Below are positions 1 to 10,550 of a stretch of 64,000 nt of DNA, piece by piece. Each line of letters begins with the position of its first letter. Position 1 is the stretch's first letter. The position numbers were made by a program, and so were the translations under genes. This stretch comes from an uncultured Nitrososphaerota archaeon. GTDB lineage: Archaea; Thermoproteota; EX4484-205; JAAOZO01. A model generated the notes under the pieces. That model made no database searches and was not told where the DNA came from. It saw nothing but the letters and a program-made list of their open reading frames with translations. The stretch is taken from the NCBI GenBank assembly GCA_964408285.1, contig CAYOYV010000002.1, positions 136,194 through 200,193 of the forward strand. Direction: 5' to 3'.

Positions 1-618
1 AGCGCTGGATGGAGAGGAAGATGGCAAACCGAAGGAGGGGGAGTTCTGATCAATCAGGGTATTCATCACCTTGACCTCTTCCAATGGGTCATAGGAAAAA
101 AACCAAGGAGACTCTGCGCGTTTACCAACACAATGGCGCACGACATAGAAGTGGAGGATCTCGCAACATCGATCATCGAATTTGAGGAATGTACTCAGGC
201 GGCAATTCAGATGAGTACAATAGACCACCCCACTATATGCAGAATTGAATTGAGGGGCCAAAACGCATATGCAGAGTTCGACGATAAATCAATCAAGCTG
301 GCCCGGAATAACCCTACGATTGGAGATAGATCGAAACTCCAGGAAATGTGGGCGACACCAGAACTCACTCTGGAAGAGATTGAAGAACCTAAGGAGGAGG
401 CAAAGAAGCTCCACGAAGCGGTATATCTTGACTTTCTGGACTCGATGACGCACGATAGGCAACCAGCCGTGTCCGGGGAGGAGGGGCGCAAATCCGTCGA
501 GATAGTCAATGCTATCGTGGCCTCCAGTTTCACAAGAAGGCCGGTTCGTTTTCCATTGGATGCAGATAAATACGAACAGATATTGAGGAAGCTGTCGAAA
601 AGCTCTAGGAAAAAGTGA
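1..618 (+). CDS. Gfo/Idh/MocA family oxidoreductase, 5'-truncated by window edge
   Basis: Frame open from base 1; GGGVLINQGIHHLDL motif and VSGEEGRKSVEIV C-terminus. Confidence 0.85.
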   Translation, partial: SAGWRGRWQTEGGGVLINQGIHHLDLFQWVIGKKPRRLCAFTNTMAHDIEVEDLATSIIEFEECTQAAIQMSTIDHPTICRIELRGQNAYAEFDDKSIKLARNNPTIGDRSKLQEMWATPELTLEEIEEPKEEAKKLHEAVYLDFLDSMTHDRQPAVSGEEGRKSVEIVNAIVASSFTRRPVRFPLDADKYEQILRKLSKSSRKK

Positions 619-624
619 CGCCAT

Positions 625-1758
625 TCATATCAAGGACGCTGAGATCTTAGGAGGAGAGGCGTAGTCCGAGTACCTTTGGGCGATTTCTGCCACATGGGAG
701 TCACCGTTGTGAACGCAAATCCTGTACTTGAATTCCAGTTTCTCATCTCTTCTCATAAGTAGTCCTCCTCTCTCATGCGGCTCACCGTTGAAGATCGTCG
801 CACCGAATACATTCGCTGTCATCAGTCCATAGTCCCTCACATGCCAATACGTCGGATGCCTAGGATTCTCCGGAGCGTCAAGTATGGCTATTCCCTGCCA
901 AGTTCCATCGACTGGACCGGAATAGTCGCACCAATTCGCCTTCTTTCCCCAAGTTTTGACCTCATTTATGCCCCCCCATGAGTTCTCAATTCTGCCGCCG
1001 TTCTCAACTTCCATGGACTCCCTGACTCTAACGCATATGGCGCCTGCCTCCTTTGTGTCCCCGAACAAAACATCCCGATAAGGTGCCGAGAAAAAGGATT
1101 CATGGTCCAACAGCCATTGCCTGTCAGGAGCATTCCAGAGCCTTATGGTCCTTCTTTCCTCCAGCAGCTTCTCTGATAGAAAACTGCTCCATGTGAGGTA
1201 CATGGTTATCTCCGAAAAGACCGGGCCGGCGACTACGCGCGGCGTTCCTCTGGTTGTAATGATCCCGTGGTTAGGCAACTCACTCCAGATGTCGTTCTGG
1301 TTGACATCGCCATGGGCAACCCAAAGTGATTTGTGATGAACATGATCCGGAGGTTCATTCCATGTCAAAGGAAGACCTGTTGGGCCGTTCAGTGGGAAAA
1401 CGAATGGTCTGCTCGACTTGCTGGAGTAGTTGCAGCACATGATGAGATCCGTCCCTCTCGAGACTGTGATTTGCTCGTGTGTCGCTTCGGCAAGGAGAGG
1501 GTCTTGGAGAGCGTCAGCCATCTCACCCTTGACGAGAAAGAACCTCAAGATCTGGGATTTCCCGCTATGCAAACCTATCCAATGGACGTTGAGTCCTTCA
1601 TCTGAAAACGTGAATTGGGCAGGAATCCCTTGCCCCTTCTCGTCAACAAGAGCCAGATCAGTTGCTCCGTGCAGACTGGCCCCTAAGATTGCATGGACGG
1701 GAGTTGGCGATCCGCCTCTGGATCCGGTCTTCCACTTCATGACGGCCAATCGTTTCAT
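625..1758 (-). CDS. DUF6807 ('PmoA-like') family protein, probably carbohydrate-related
   Basis: PPDHVHHKSLWVAHG, FGDTKEAG, WCDYSG, WHVRDYGL motifs. Confidence 0.75.
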   Translation of the reverse strand: MKRLAVMKWKTGSRGGSPTPVHAILGASLHGATDLALVDEKGQGIPAQFTFSDEGLNVHWIGLHSGKSQILRFFLVKGEMADALQDPLLAEATHEQITVSRGTDLIMCCNYSSKSSRPFVFPLNGPTGLPLTWNEPPDHVHHKSLWVAHGDVNQNDIWSELPNHGIITTRGTPRVVAGPVFSEITMYLTWSSFLSEKLLEERRTIRLWNAPDRQWLLDHESFFSAPYRDVLFGDTKEAGAICVRVRESMEVENGGRIENSWGGINEVKTWGKKANWCDYSGPVDGTWQGIAILDAPENPRHPTYWHVRDYGLMTANVFGATIFNGEPHERGGLLMRRDEKLEFKYRICVHNGDSHVAEIAQRYSDYASPPKISASLI

Positions 1759-2585
1759 CTAGATCCCCCCCAGAAGTAGGTCCTTAGATTTCTGATGCTT
1801 TCGCTCGCTGTCTCAATTGGATCTCTCGGGCGATCAAATATCTCAACTGAGACGAATCCCTTGTAATCGATGTCTTTCAGCGCCCGTGCGATTGAATCAT
1901 AGTCAGCGTTTCCCATTCCCGGTGCCTTTCCATTTGTATCGTTGGCATGGAAGTGTGCAAGAAAAGGAGCTGAACGCGTGATTATCTCGTGCATCGACTT
2001 CTCCTCGTCGCTCATGCTATAGACATCCAAGGTCATCCGCATATTCGGAAGCCCTACGTCTTCTATCATTCTCATTGCCTCCTCGGCAGTATTGATGAAA
2101 TTGGTCAGGCTTCGCGAAAGCGGCTCCAAGCAAAGGAGAACATCCAGCCTCTCTGCCTCCTCACAGCAGTATCTCAGGATCTGTTTCGCAAACACCCAAG
2201 CGTCCTCTTTACGAACGTTCTTTGAAATGCTTCTTTGTTTCGGAGACCCTAGAACAATAACATGACCTCCGATATCGGCGGTGAATGCGATCAGGTCAGC
2301 CATGTAATTCTTGGTCCTCTCTCTTGTTGACGCGTCTGAATGAGTCAGATGAAGACCCGCGGGTGAAACAAGGACCCAGTGTATCCCCACTATTTCCAAT
2401 CCATTTGAAGCGGCCAGCCCTCTCAAGGCCTCCCTGTCCTTCCTACTAATCTTTCTGACATCGTCTGAAATAGTGAAGGGTGCAATCTCTATACCGCGAT
2501 AGCCGAGTTCAGAGACGATTTCGAATGACCTGTTGATATCAGTATTGGAGAGGAGTTCGTTGCATATTGAGAATCGCTGGCTCAT
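1755..2585 (-). CDS. Sugar phosphate isomerase/epimerase (D-psicose/tagatose 3-epimerase-like TIM barrel)
   Basis: GIEIAP, LEPL, HFHAND, VSVEIF; start placed at MSQRF (2615 is an alternative). Confidence 0.85.
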   Translation of the reverse strand: MSQRFSICNELLSNTDINRSFEIVSELGYRGIEIAPFTISDDVRKISRKDREALRGLAASNGLEIVGIHWVLVSPAGLHLTHSDASTRERTKNYMADLIAFTADIGGHVIVLGSPKQRSISKNVRKEDAWVFAKQILRYCCEEAERLDVLLCLEPLSRSLTNFINTAEEAMRMIEDVGLPNMRMTLDVYSMSDEEKSMHEIITRSAPFLAHFHANDTNGKAPGMGNADYDSIARALKDIDYKGFVSVEIFDRPRDPIETASESIRNLRTYFWGGSR

Positions 2586-2735
2586 ATCTCTTCCTGATTG
2601 GGCGCTTTCAATCATGTGAGAAGATAAACATTGCCAGCTCTGCCGTTCAGCTTCAGAGTTATCTGAACAACTGAGGACGGTCGCAGGTTCTCCGATGAAA
2701 CTTCATATCCTGCATTCTCTACATCACGAGGAAAT

Positions 2736-3821
2736 ATGCTATACAAGGAGGATTGGGAAAACGCAAAAAACAGGATGACCGCCTGGTGGGACGGTGAAAG
2801 CACAGATAGCCCCCTAATCCAAGTATGGGCTCCCAGAACTTCGCGTATGCCTGATAGCAGGATTCTATGGGAACTCGCCCGAAATCCATCAGACCCAGAG
2901 GGCGATATTGATCTGTATGAAAAGTGGTTTTCAAGAGTCTATTTCGGAGGAGCGGCCTATCCGAACCTGTGGATCAATCTGGGGGCCGGAGTCCTTGGGG
3001 CGTATCTTGGAGCCAAGCCGAGATTCATGAGGGACACAGTTTGGTTTGGGGCACAGTGGAGTAACAAATTCGTGAAGGACTGGGATGAGCTCTCAGATAT
3101 CACTCTTGAAGAAGGGAACGAATGGTGGCAGTACACCAAGAGGGTAACGAAGATGGCGGCAAAAAGAGGAAAGAGCAAATTCGTCGTTGGGATGACCGAC
3201 CTCGGGGGCATAGCGGATGTCATCGCATCCCTCAGGGGGCCTCAGAATCTGATAGCGGATCTATATAGGAACAAGAAAGAGGTGGCGAATCTCTCGGGGA
3301 AGCTCGTTGAGATCTGGCACAGATGCTATGAAGATCTACTGGCAATTATCCGGGAGGAAATGCCAGGTTCCTCTGCTTGGATGGGAATATGGTCACCTCG
3401 AAAGTGGTATCCAACCCAATCCGATTTCTCCGCGATGCTTTCTCCCAAGCTTTTCGACGAACTGGTCTTGCCCTATCTAAGGGAGCAGTTCCTGAGGCTG
3501 GATGACCCCCTGTACCACTTGGACGGTCCTGGCCAGCTCTGCCTCGTTGACTCCTTGTTGAAGACGCCGGAGCTCAAGGCGATCCAGTGGGTACCCGGAG
3601 CTGGGGAGGATAATCAAGGTCATCACTGCGGTTCAAGGAAGTGGTATCCACTCTACAGGAAGATCCTCGGCAGAGGAAGGCGCTTGGTTCTAAGCATGCC
3701 ACAAAGGTACATAGTTCCGATAATCAAGGAGCTCGGCTCGAAGGGCATATTATTCCAAACTACGACAAGGAATATTCTGTCCGCAAAGCGGCTATTGAAA
3801 TCCTCTTCAGGCAAACTCTGA
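2736..3821 (+). CDS. Uroporphyrinogen decarboxylase/MtaA-like methyltransferase family protein
   Basis: SLRGPQNL, QSDFSAMLSP, YHLDGPG, IQWVPGAG. Confidence 0.75.
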   Translation: MLYKEDWENAKNRMTAWWDGESTDSPLIQVWAPRTSRMPDSRILWELARNPSDPEGDIDLYEKWFSRVYFGGAAYPNLWINLGAGVLGAYLGAKPRFMRDTVWFGAQWSNKFVKDWDELSDITLEEGNEWWQYTKRVTKMAAKRGKSKFVVGMTDLGGIADVIASLRGPQNLIADLYRNKKEVANLSGKLVEIWHRCYEDLLAIIREEMPGSSAWMGIWSPRKWYPTQSDFSAMLSPKLFDELVLPYLREQFLRLDDPLYHLDGPGQLCLVDSLLKTPELKAIQWVPGAGEDNQGHHCGSRKWYPLYRKILGRGRRLVLSMPQRYIVPIIKELGSKGILFQTTTRNILSAKRLLKSSSGKL

Positions 3822-3873
3822 CTCTTATTGAGTCGTGATACATGTGACTCTCTTTTAATACTCCCGGTCAATC

Positions 3874-4575
3874 GTGCTCATTGATATGGGGAGCAAGGGA
3901 AGGAGTGGCGAGGAGATAGCCATGAGATTGCTTCAGAGCCTCGGATATGAGATACTTGAAACCCGTAAAGAGGTGAGTCTAGAGGGGACTGGAGTTGCTG
4001 AAATAGATATCACGGCAAGGGATCCCAGAGGGACGGTCTACGCCATTGAAGTCAAGTCAGGAAAGGCTTCAGTGTCAGACATTAGGCAAGTCTATGCTAA
4101 TGCAAAGTTGGTGGGATTGAAACCCATGATAATCTGCAAGGGATTCTCGGACAGATCTGCGGAAGTTGCGATCAAGAGATTCAAGATCCGGAGCCTTCTA
4201 CTACCAGAATACTATCTAATCAACCTTGAAGACGTAAAGGAAATAGTTGATGAGTTGGTTGCCGACATATTGCTCGGATTTGAGAAGGCGGACTTGAGGG
4301 CGCTGAACGAAGAGGAGATGAGGGTCCTTGTTGGACTGTCCGAGGTTTCCTCTTTCTCCGAGGCCATGACGAAGTCCGGGATGAATAGGAAGGCCTTTGG
4401 AAGGGCTATCGGAGAGATAAGGAAGAAGTGCCATTTCCCTCTGAAACGGTCAGGATTCATGTACCTGAGTCTTCAGGCGAAGAATCTCATAAGGAGATCG
4501 CGGGAGGAAAAAATGCTCCGTGAAATACTGGAAAAAGTCAAGTCGATTGATGAGAAGCTACAGTCCCGCAAGTAA
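3874..4575 (+). CDS. PD-(D/E)XK nuclease (Mrr/RecB-like) domain protein
   Basis: GEE...EIDI...IEVK...IRQ catalytic pattern. Confidence 0.75.
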   Translation: MLIDMGSKGRSGEEIAMRLLQSLGYEILETRKEVSLEGTGVAEIDITARDPRGTVYAIEVKSGKASVSDIRQVYANAKLVGLKPMIICKGFSDRSAEVAIKRFKIRSLLLPEYYLINLEDVKEIVDELVADILLGFEKADLRALNEEEMRVLVGLSEVSSFSEAMTKSGMNRKAFGRAIGEIRKKCHFPLKRSGFMYLSLQAKNLIRRSREEKMLREILEKVKSIDEKLQSRK

Positions 4576-4710
4576 TCACTGGGTCCGCCGCTCTTGAACA
4601 TTCGGCCTACTTCTTTCCATCTTCTGCCCAAGCAGGCGGCAGATCTCATAGTCATGAAGCATAGTTATTAAATGGCATAATCTCGGAAACGCGGAGGGCA
4701 GACCTCAGGC

Positions 4711-6357
4711 ATGGCTGGAGGAATTCTCGCGGCACTGGACAAAATCTCTTCGAGAAAAGGCCTAGTCCTTGCCCTCTATGCGGCATCAGTTGCATATTTC
4801 TTGGGCATCATTCTTCTTCCGACCACAATTGGAGTCTTGACCAAGCTCGGCTCTGCACAGCAGGTCTTTGCCGATCCTGCTCTATTTGATAGAGCAATAT
4901 CTGCGATCAAGTCATCCTTTGGATTGGCATTTCTTGTTTCCTCGCTCGATCTCATTGCGGGTATACCGCTGGCCTGGCTTATAGCTAGAAGGAAAAGCAG
5001 CCTGATAGGGGTCCTTGATTGGTTAGTTGACTTGCCCCTGATCGTGCCAACGGTGACATTGGGTTATTCCGCTTTGCTGTTTTGGTCTTCAGACAATCCA
5101 TTTGGTTTCCTCGGGATGCAGCCGCTGTCTCCCGGCTGGGTCTTGGTTCTATTGCTGCATTTCTGCTTCTCATACCCAGTTGTTGTAAGAGTAATGGTGA
5201 GCAAGATCATGGAACTCGACCAGATGTATGAGATAGCGGGAAGGACACTTGGTGCAACTCCCCTTACAGCTGCCAGAAGCATATCGATACAATTGCTGAG
5301 TTCCGGGATTGTTGCTTCCTTCTTGTTAGCATTTTCAAGGTCTCTTTCTGAAACTGGGGCAACTATTGTGGTTGCAGGGATATTTGAGAATGGTCCTGTG
5401 TTCATCAGGCGGGCAAAGGAGGCAGGCATGGATGGACCTATGGTCTTCACGAGTCTGGCTCTTATTCTGCTCTCCTTGTTGGTTTACTATCTTGTTCGCT
5501 ATCTAGGAGTCCGGGTGAGAATCCCGTTCATAAGGGCTTGGCCCGACATCGAGAAAAAGCTCAGTGGAAAGGAAACCACAACCGTCAGGGATGTCCTAAC
5601 TGTTCTCATCTTCGTCTTCTTCATAATGTCCCCAACGATCTTTCTCAGTCTGAAGTATGCACCTTCTCTTTTCGGGAGCCAAGTGCTCTCGCAATTTCTA
5701 TCCAGCACCGGCATCTGGAGTTCGTTCTGGGCAAGCTTGATTCTGTCCTATTCAATAGGGCTCGTCGTCGGAGTGATAAACACGGTGTTCAGCATACCAA
5801 TGGCGATCATTATAGCCAGGCGCAGGTTCGGAAAACTCCCAGCTACCATACTTGATGGCCTGACAGCTGTGCCATTGATCATTCCTTCTGTCGCCCTCGG
5901 AGCATCGATGGGGCTATTCTGGGGGGGCCTCAGGACGCTGCCCGAATTCTTGCTAATAGTGTTCGCGCATCTGAGCATTACCTATCCTTATCTTGTCGCT
6001 ACAATGGTTTCCGCCTTCGAGGATATTCCGCCATACTTTGAAGAATCGGCAAGAACATTAGGAGCAAATGCGTTTACGGTATTCAGAACAGTGACCTTGC
6101 CCATGGCGAAATACTCGCTAATCTCCGGCATTATGCTCACCTTTACAAGAAGTGTTGATGAGACGGGGGCGACGCTGGCGGTAGTTTCACAGCTGAAGAC
6201 CGTGCCTGTACTACTGGTTGACTGGATCAGAAGCGCCTTCCCCGGAAGTGACTTAGCAGCCGGATTCGGCACCTTGTTGCTTCTGCTGATTTCCTTTTTC
6301 ATCCTCCTAATGCTTAGACTACTCACTAGGCCAGGTGAAAGATTTGCCAAGAGTTGA
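4711..6357 (+). CDS. ABC importer permease with two fused TM domains
   Basis: Two EAA loops (EIAGRTLGA, EESARTLGA); hydrophobic. Confidence 0.9.
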   Translation: MAGGILAALDKISSRKGLVLALYAASVAYFLGIILLPTTIGVLTKLGSAQQVFADPALFDRAISAIKSSFGLAFLVSSLDLIAGIPLAWLIARRKSSLIGVLDWLVDLPLIVPTVTLGYSALLFWSSDNPFGFLGMQPLSPGWVLVLLLHFCFSYPVVVRVMVSKIMELDQMYEIAGRTLGATPLTAARSISIQLLSSGIVASFLLAFSRSLSETGATIVVAGIFENGPVFIRRAKEAGMDGPMVFTSLALILLSLLVYYLVRYLGVRVRIPFIRAWPDIEKKLSGKETTTVRDVLTVLIFVFFIMSPTIFLSLKYAPSLFGSQVLSQFLSSTGIWSSFWASLILSYSIGLVVGVINTVFSIPMAIIIARRRFGKLPATILDGLTAVPLIIPSVALGASMGLFWGGLRTLPEFLLIVFAHLSITYPYLVATMVSAFEDIPPYFEESARTLGANAFTVFRTVTLPMAKYSLISGIMLTFTRSVDETGATLAVVSQLKTVPVLLVDWIRSAFPGSDLAAGFGTLLLLLISFFILLMLRLLTRPGERFAKS

Positions 6358-7453
6358 GCTCAGGCGTGTCAGTAAGACCTTCGGGCAGATAGCCGCCCTT
6401 CGGGACATTGATCTGGAAGTTGGCGATGGCCAATATGCTTGTCTTCTCGGCCCGACAGGAAGCGGGAAGACTACACTGCTCAAGGTAATCGCAGGCCTAG
6501 TGGCAGTGGATACCGGGAAAATCCTTCTCGATGGGAAGGTCTCCAATGAGGTGCCTCCCGAGCAGAGAAATGCCGTCTACATGCCCCAGAACTATGCACT
6601 GTTTCCTCATATGACGGCCAAGAATAATATCGCATACGGCCTGCGGGTCAGGGGAGTAGACGAGGCGAGCATTTCGGATGTTATCGAAAGAACGCTGGAG
6701 TTAGTCAAGCTCAAGGGCTGGGGAAATGCCTATCCACATGAGCTAAGTGGCGGCATGCAGCAGAGGGTTGCCCTAGCAAGATGCATCACGACAGGCTCCA
6801 AGATTATGCTACTGGATGAGCCCCTCGGGGCTTTGGATGCAAGGCTCAGGCTGGAATTGAGGATAGAACTCAAGAGACTTGCGAAGGATTTGGGACTAAC
6901 GGTTGTCCATGTGACTCACGATCAAGCTGAGGCGACTGCCATGGGAGACGTAATCATACTTCTGCGAGGCGGACAGATAGCGCAGTTCGGAGAACCAGAA
7001 GAGGTACATCTAAGGCCAAGCAGCATCTTCGCCGCTAATTTCGTCGGAGAAAAGAACATAATCGATGGCAGGGTCACAGATGTCAGAGCCGACGAGGCAA
7101 TTATCGATCTTGGTGATGGGCTGCAGATAGTCGCCCCAAGAAACGGGCTTGGAACAGGAGAATTGGCAGTGGTGGTCATAAGATGTGAGGGAATACATCC
7201 ATTTCATATCCATGATAAGAACACCAATAACATTGCAGGGGTTGTAAGGGATGTGAGGTTTCTTGGAAGTTACTTCAGATATTCGATTCAGCTGAAAGGG
7301 GGGAAGGTGCTGCAGGCGAATGTTCCCTCTGCAAGATCGTTACATGTGAATGCAGCAATAGACAACACAATCCCATTGAGCATAAGGAAGGAAGACATAG
7401 CGGTCTTCAAGTATCCGGAAAGGGGGCTTGCATTGGAGGTCGAAGCGATATAA
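6335..7453 (+). CDS. ABC transporter ATP-binding protein with TOBE domain
   Basis: GPTGSGKT, LSGGMQQ, LLDEP. Confidence 0.92.
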   Translation: MKDLPRVELRRVSKTFGQIAALRDIDLEVGDGQYACLLGPTGSGKTTLLKVIAGLVAVDTGKILLDGKVSNEVPPEQRNAVYMPQNYALFPHMTAKNNIAYGLRVRGVDEASISDVIERTLELVKLKGWGNAYPHELSGGMQQRVALARCITTGSKIMLLDEPLGALDARLRLELRIELKRLAKDLGLTVVHVTHDQAEATAMGDVIILLRGGQIAQFGEPEEVHLRPSSIFAANFVGEKNIIDGRVTDVRADEAIIDLGDGLQIVAPRNGLGTGELAVVVIRCEGIHPFHIHDKNTNNIAGVVRDVRFLGSYFRYSIQLKGGKVLQANVPSARSLHVNAAIDNTIPLSIRKEDIAVFKYPERGLALEVEAI

Positions 7454-8547
7454 TGCCCAAGATAGAGGTAAAAGGACTGACAAAGAGATTCGGTGATTTC
7501 GAAGCGGTCAAAGATGTCAGTCTGACGATTGAAGATGGAGAATATGTGTCGATTATAGGACCGAGCGGGTGCGGGAAGACTACTCTGCTCAGGACCTTGG
7601 CAGGTATGATTGGCCAGGATCAAGGACACATCTACTTCGATGGAAATCAAATAGATGACAAGCCCATTGAGGAGAGGGGGGTTGGGTACGTTTTCCAGAA
7701 CATAGCGCTTTTTCCGCACATGACATTGTGGGGCAATGTCACATATGGTCCCCGCGTGAAGGCGTATGACTCAAGAAGAACGAGGGCGATATCGATCGAA
7801 ATGCTGGAAATGATGAAACTTACAGAGAGATACAGGGATTATCCGATCGAACTCAGTGGGGGAATGCAGCAGAAGGCAGCGGTCGCTCGATCTCTGGCTT
7901 CCGAGCCCAGCGTCCTCCTTCTCGACGAGCCACTCTCAATGCTTGACGCGAAGGTCAGGGCACAATTGAGATTTGAGCTAAGACGAATAGCAAAGGATCT
8001 GAACCTCACCGCAATCCATGTCACACACGATCAAGAAGAGGCGATGGCAGTATCCGACAGAATTTTCATCATGAGGAAGGGAAGAATAGTGGAAAGTGGC
8101 AGACCCGACGAACTGTATTTGAGTTCAAAGGAAATCTTCACTGCCTATTTCTTGGGTGAATCAAACATTTTCCAGGGCAGAGTGACTTCTGTTGATGATT
8201 CTGGTTGCTCAGTGGAAATCGATGGGTTAGCAATGAGATCAGGTATGACTGGCCTCGCTGCCGATTCGAAAGCTGTAGTCGTTGTGAGGCCAGAATTCAT
8301 AGAGCTTTCGGAGAATCCTCAGGAAGGCAATTGGCAAGCTACAGTGGCGAACGCAAGTATGGAGGAACCATTTATCAGATATGAATTGAGGGTTAGTGAC
8401 AGCATAAGCATGGTCATGAAACAGCCCTTTTCTTTGGGGATGAAGAGATTCCCCGTGGGAAGCGTCGTTCCTGTAACAATCGTGCCTGATCGCGTAAGGA
8501 TCTACAAATACCCCGAAGGAGGCTTAAATAAGGAGATTGAACTTTGA
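7453..8547 (+). CDS. ABC transporter ATP-binding protein with TOBE domain
   Basis: GPSGCGKT, LSGGMQQ, LLDEP; TAATG coupling to previous gene. Confidence 0.92.
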   Translation: MPKIEVKGLTKRFGDFEAVKDVSLTIEDGEYVSIIGPSGCGKTTLLRTLAGMIGQDQGHIYFDGNQIDDKPIEERGVGYVFQNIALFPHMTLWGNVTYGPRVKAYDSRRTRAISIEMLEMMKLTERYRDYPIELSGGMQQKAAVARSLASEPSVLLLDEPLSMLDAKVRAQLRFELRRIAKDLNLTAIHVTHDQEEAMAVSDRIFIMRKGRIVESGRPDELYLSSKEIFTAYFLGESNIFQGRVTSVDDSGCSVEIDGLAMRSGMTGLAADSKAVVVVRPEFIELSENPQEGNWQATVANASMEEPFIRYELRVSDSISMVMKQPFSLGMKRFPVGSVVPVTIVPDRVRIYKYPEGGLNKEIEL

Positions 8548-8554
8548 CATAGGC

Positions 8555-9241
8555 ATGTCAAAGCCCTTGGAGGAGTGGCTGAAGGCCAGGAGAACAATAA
8601 GGGTGATGGGCTTAATCCAAGAGCACTCTGAAAAAGCCCTTCAGGTTACCGATGAGTTCCTCCATATGGTTGATGCCTCGATCGCGAATAGACAGCAAGA
8701 TCTTGACTTGGCATACAAGAGAGAAGAGCTCAGGGAAAGGGAGGGTGACGCTCTCAGGAGGAAGATATTGGAGGAACTGGCAAGGGGGGAACTCTCCCCC
8801 GAGGAGCGAGAGTACATCATGCGACTGGCTAGACAGATGGACCTGGTTGCTGACTATGCTCATGGTGCTGGACGGATATTGACTTTCCTCCCCTTGGATA
8901 GAACTGACGAGACGCTTAGGCAGCAGATACATGAGATATGCAACAAGACCAGGGACTGCGTGGCCAACCTAGGGCAGTGCATCAAGGAACTGGTCCAAAA
9001 AGATCTGAATGGTGCTGCCTACTACGTTGATATTATTGAGAAGCTCGAGGAGGAGGTCGACGAACTGCACATGAAGACGAGGAGAACTCTTCTTGGCGAT
9101 TATTACTCTAGGGTCGATCCGAGGATTGTGAGTTTCCTTTCAGAATTCTTCGAGGCGGTCGAGGAGACCTCTGACAGATGCGAGGATTGCTCGGATCAGA
9201 TAAAAGTTCTGATCATATACCTTTCAAAGCCTTCCTCGTAA
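8555..9241 (+). CDS. DUF47 (PhoU-like phosphate transport regulator) family protein
   Basis: EREGDALRR, LEEEVDE, EETSDRCED repeats. Confidence 0.85.
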   Translation: MSKPLEEWLKARRTIRVMGLIQEHSEKALQVTDEFLHMVDASIANRQQDLDLAYKREELREREGDALRRKILEELARGELSPEEREYIMRLARQMDLVADYAHGAGRILTFLPLDRTDETLRQQIHEICNKTRDCVANLGQCIKELVQKDLNGAAYYVDIIEKLEEEVDELHMKTRRTLLGDYYSRVDPRIVSFLSEFFEAVEETSDRCEDCSDQIKVLIIYLSKPSS

Positions 9242-9458
9242 CGAGTGTAGCATTTGTCTTCCCAGAAGAACCTTCCGAGAGACGCATCAGGAGGCGTCGC
9301 CGGATTCATAGAAGCCCATGTTCCCAATCGTGCAAGTGGAACTGGTCTGCAGCCCGTCGTTCTCAGGAACAATCCCACTCACACAATATGCTACGACGGT
9401 TAATACTCTATTATAGAGGTGAATCATTAAAACGTCCGAGGAGCAGACATACCTGAGA

Positions 9459-10376
9459 TTGGGAGGCAGCATATTGGTCGCTGGGCACACGTCCGTCGAT
9501 GTAGTGACAGCACCAACCGGGAAGAATGTGCAACCCGGAGGGGCTGCGCTCTATGCGGCCATAGCGGCCAGGATCTTCAACAACGATGTTAGGCTGGCGA
9601 CTTCCATCGGAACTGACTACGAGTATCACGAGCTTCTCAAGCAGTTCCCGAATTCGACCATAGTGATGGCGAATACGAAGAGCTGCAGATTTGAGATTGA
9701 GTACGATGATAGGTGGAGCGCGACCTACAACAAATCGGAATACATGGCTGCCAGATTTCTGAAAGCGGACAGAGTGGTAACAGCGGCACAGGGGTGTTCA
9801 TACGTGCATCTTGCACCGATGCCTCCAAGAAAGATCTCCAAGATGGTTCATGGCCTCAGGGAGAGACCTGGGCTTACGATCTCCTTGAATTCCTGGGAAG
9901 GATACATGAAAGAAGGAAACGACAGAAGACTACTGCGTGAGTTGGCTCCACTTGTTGACTTCTTCATCATAAATGAAAAGGAGATAATGAAGTTGGCAGA
10001 AGTAGACAATCTGAATCTGGCAGTCAATAGTCTGCCTGCCAAGCAATTGATAGTGACACTCGGGCACTTTGGGGCGATATATGCAAAGGAAGGTAGATTC
10101 ACCATATACCCAGCCACTACTTGGTTTGGTGGAAATACGGTCGATGCGACGGGAGCAGGAGATGTTTGGTGCGGAGCATTCATCGGTGCCTACTCATTAG
10201 AACAGGACGTTCCTTCAGCAGTTTCCGCCGCCGGGACCATATCTGCCCTGAAATGCAGGGGATGGAATTTCCAAGAGATAGAGAGATTGAAGTTCGACTC
10301 GGTGAACGATCTAGTCAGGTATGCCTTGAGCGAGAGAGCGGAGGGCCAGCAGACACTCACCAGATTCCTCAGATAG
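9459..10376 (+). CDS. PfkB family carbohydrate/nucleoside kinase
   Basis: PGGAA and DATGAGD motifs. Confidence 0.85.
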   Translation: MGGSILVAGHTSVDVVTAPTGKNVQPGGAALYAAIAARIFNNDVRLATSIGTDYEYHELLKQFPNSTIVMANTKSCRFEIEYDDRWSATYNKSEYMAARFLKADRVVTAAQGCSYVHLAPMPPRKISKMVHGLRERPGLTISLNSWEGYMKEGNDRRLLRELAPLVDFFIINEKEIMKLAEVDNLNLAVNSLPAKQLIVTLGHFGAIYAKEGRFTIYPATTWFGGNTVDATGAGDVWCGAFIGAYSLEQDVPSAVSAAGTISALKCRGWNFQEIERLKFDSVNDLVRYALSERAEGQQTLTRFLR

Positions 10377-10550
10377 CATGGGACGCCTCAATTCAGGGCA
10401 TGATTCCGCCGTGTGTCCGATGCTTCCTTTGAATCAGCAACCCGCCTCGTGATTTCTGGCACCCCGAATCGGGGACTTGTCCAATTGGAATGGGAGCGCC
10501 GCGCTGTATGTTCAGGCATGGTTTAAGTATTCCCAAAAAAGGAACTGGAA

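Noticed and set aside
625-1758. Particulate methane monooxygenase subunit
   Set aside because: Soluble DUF6807-type protein; no TM helices and no pmoB/pmoC
9245-9440. Small ORF or ncRNA between DUF47 and pfkB genes
   Set aside because: No convincing translation or RNA structure
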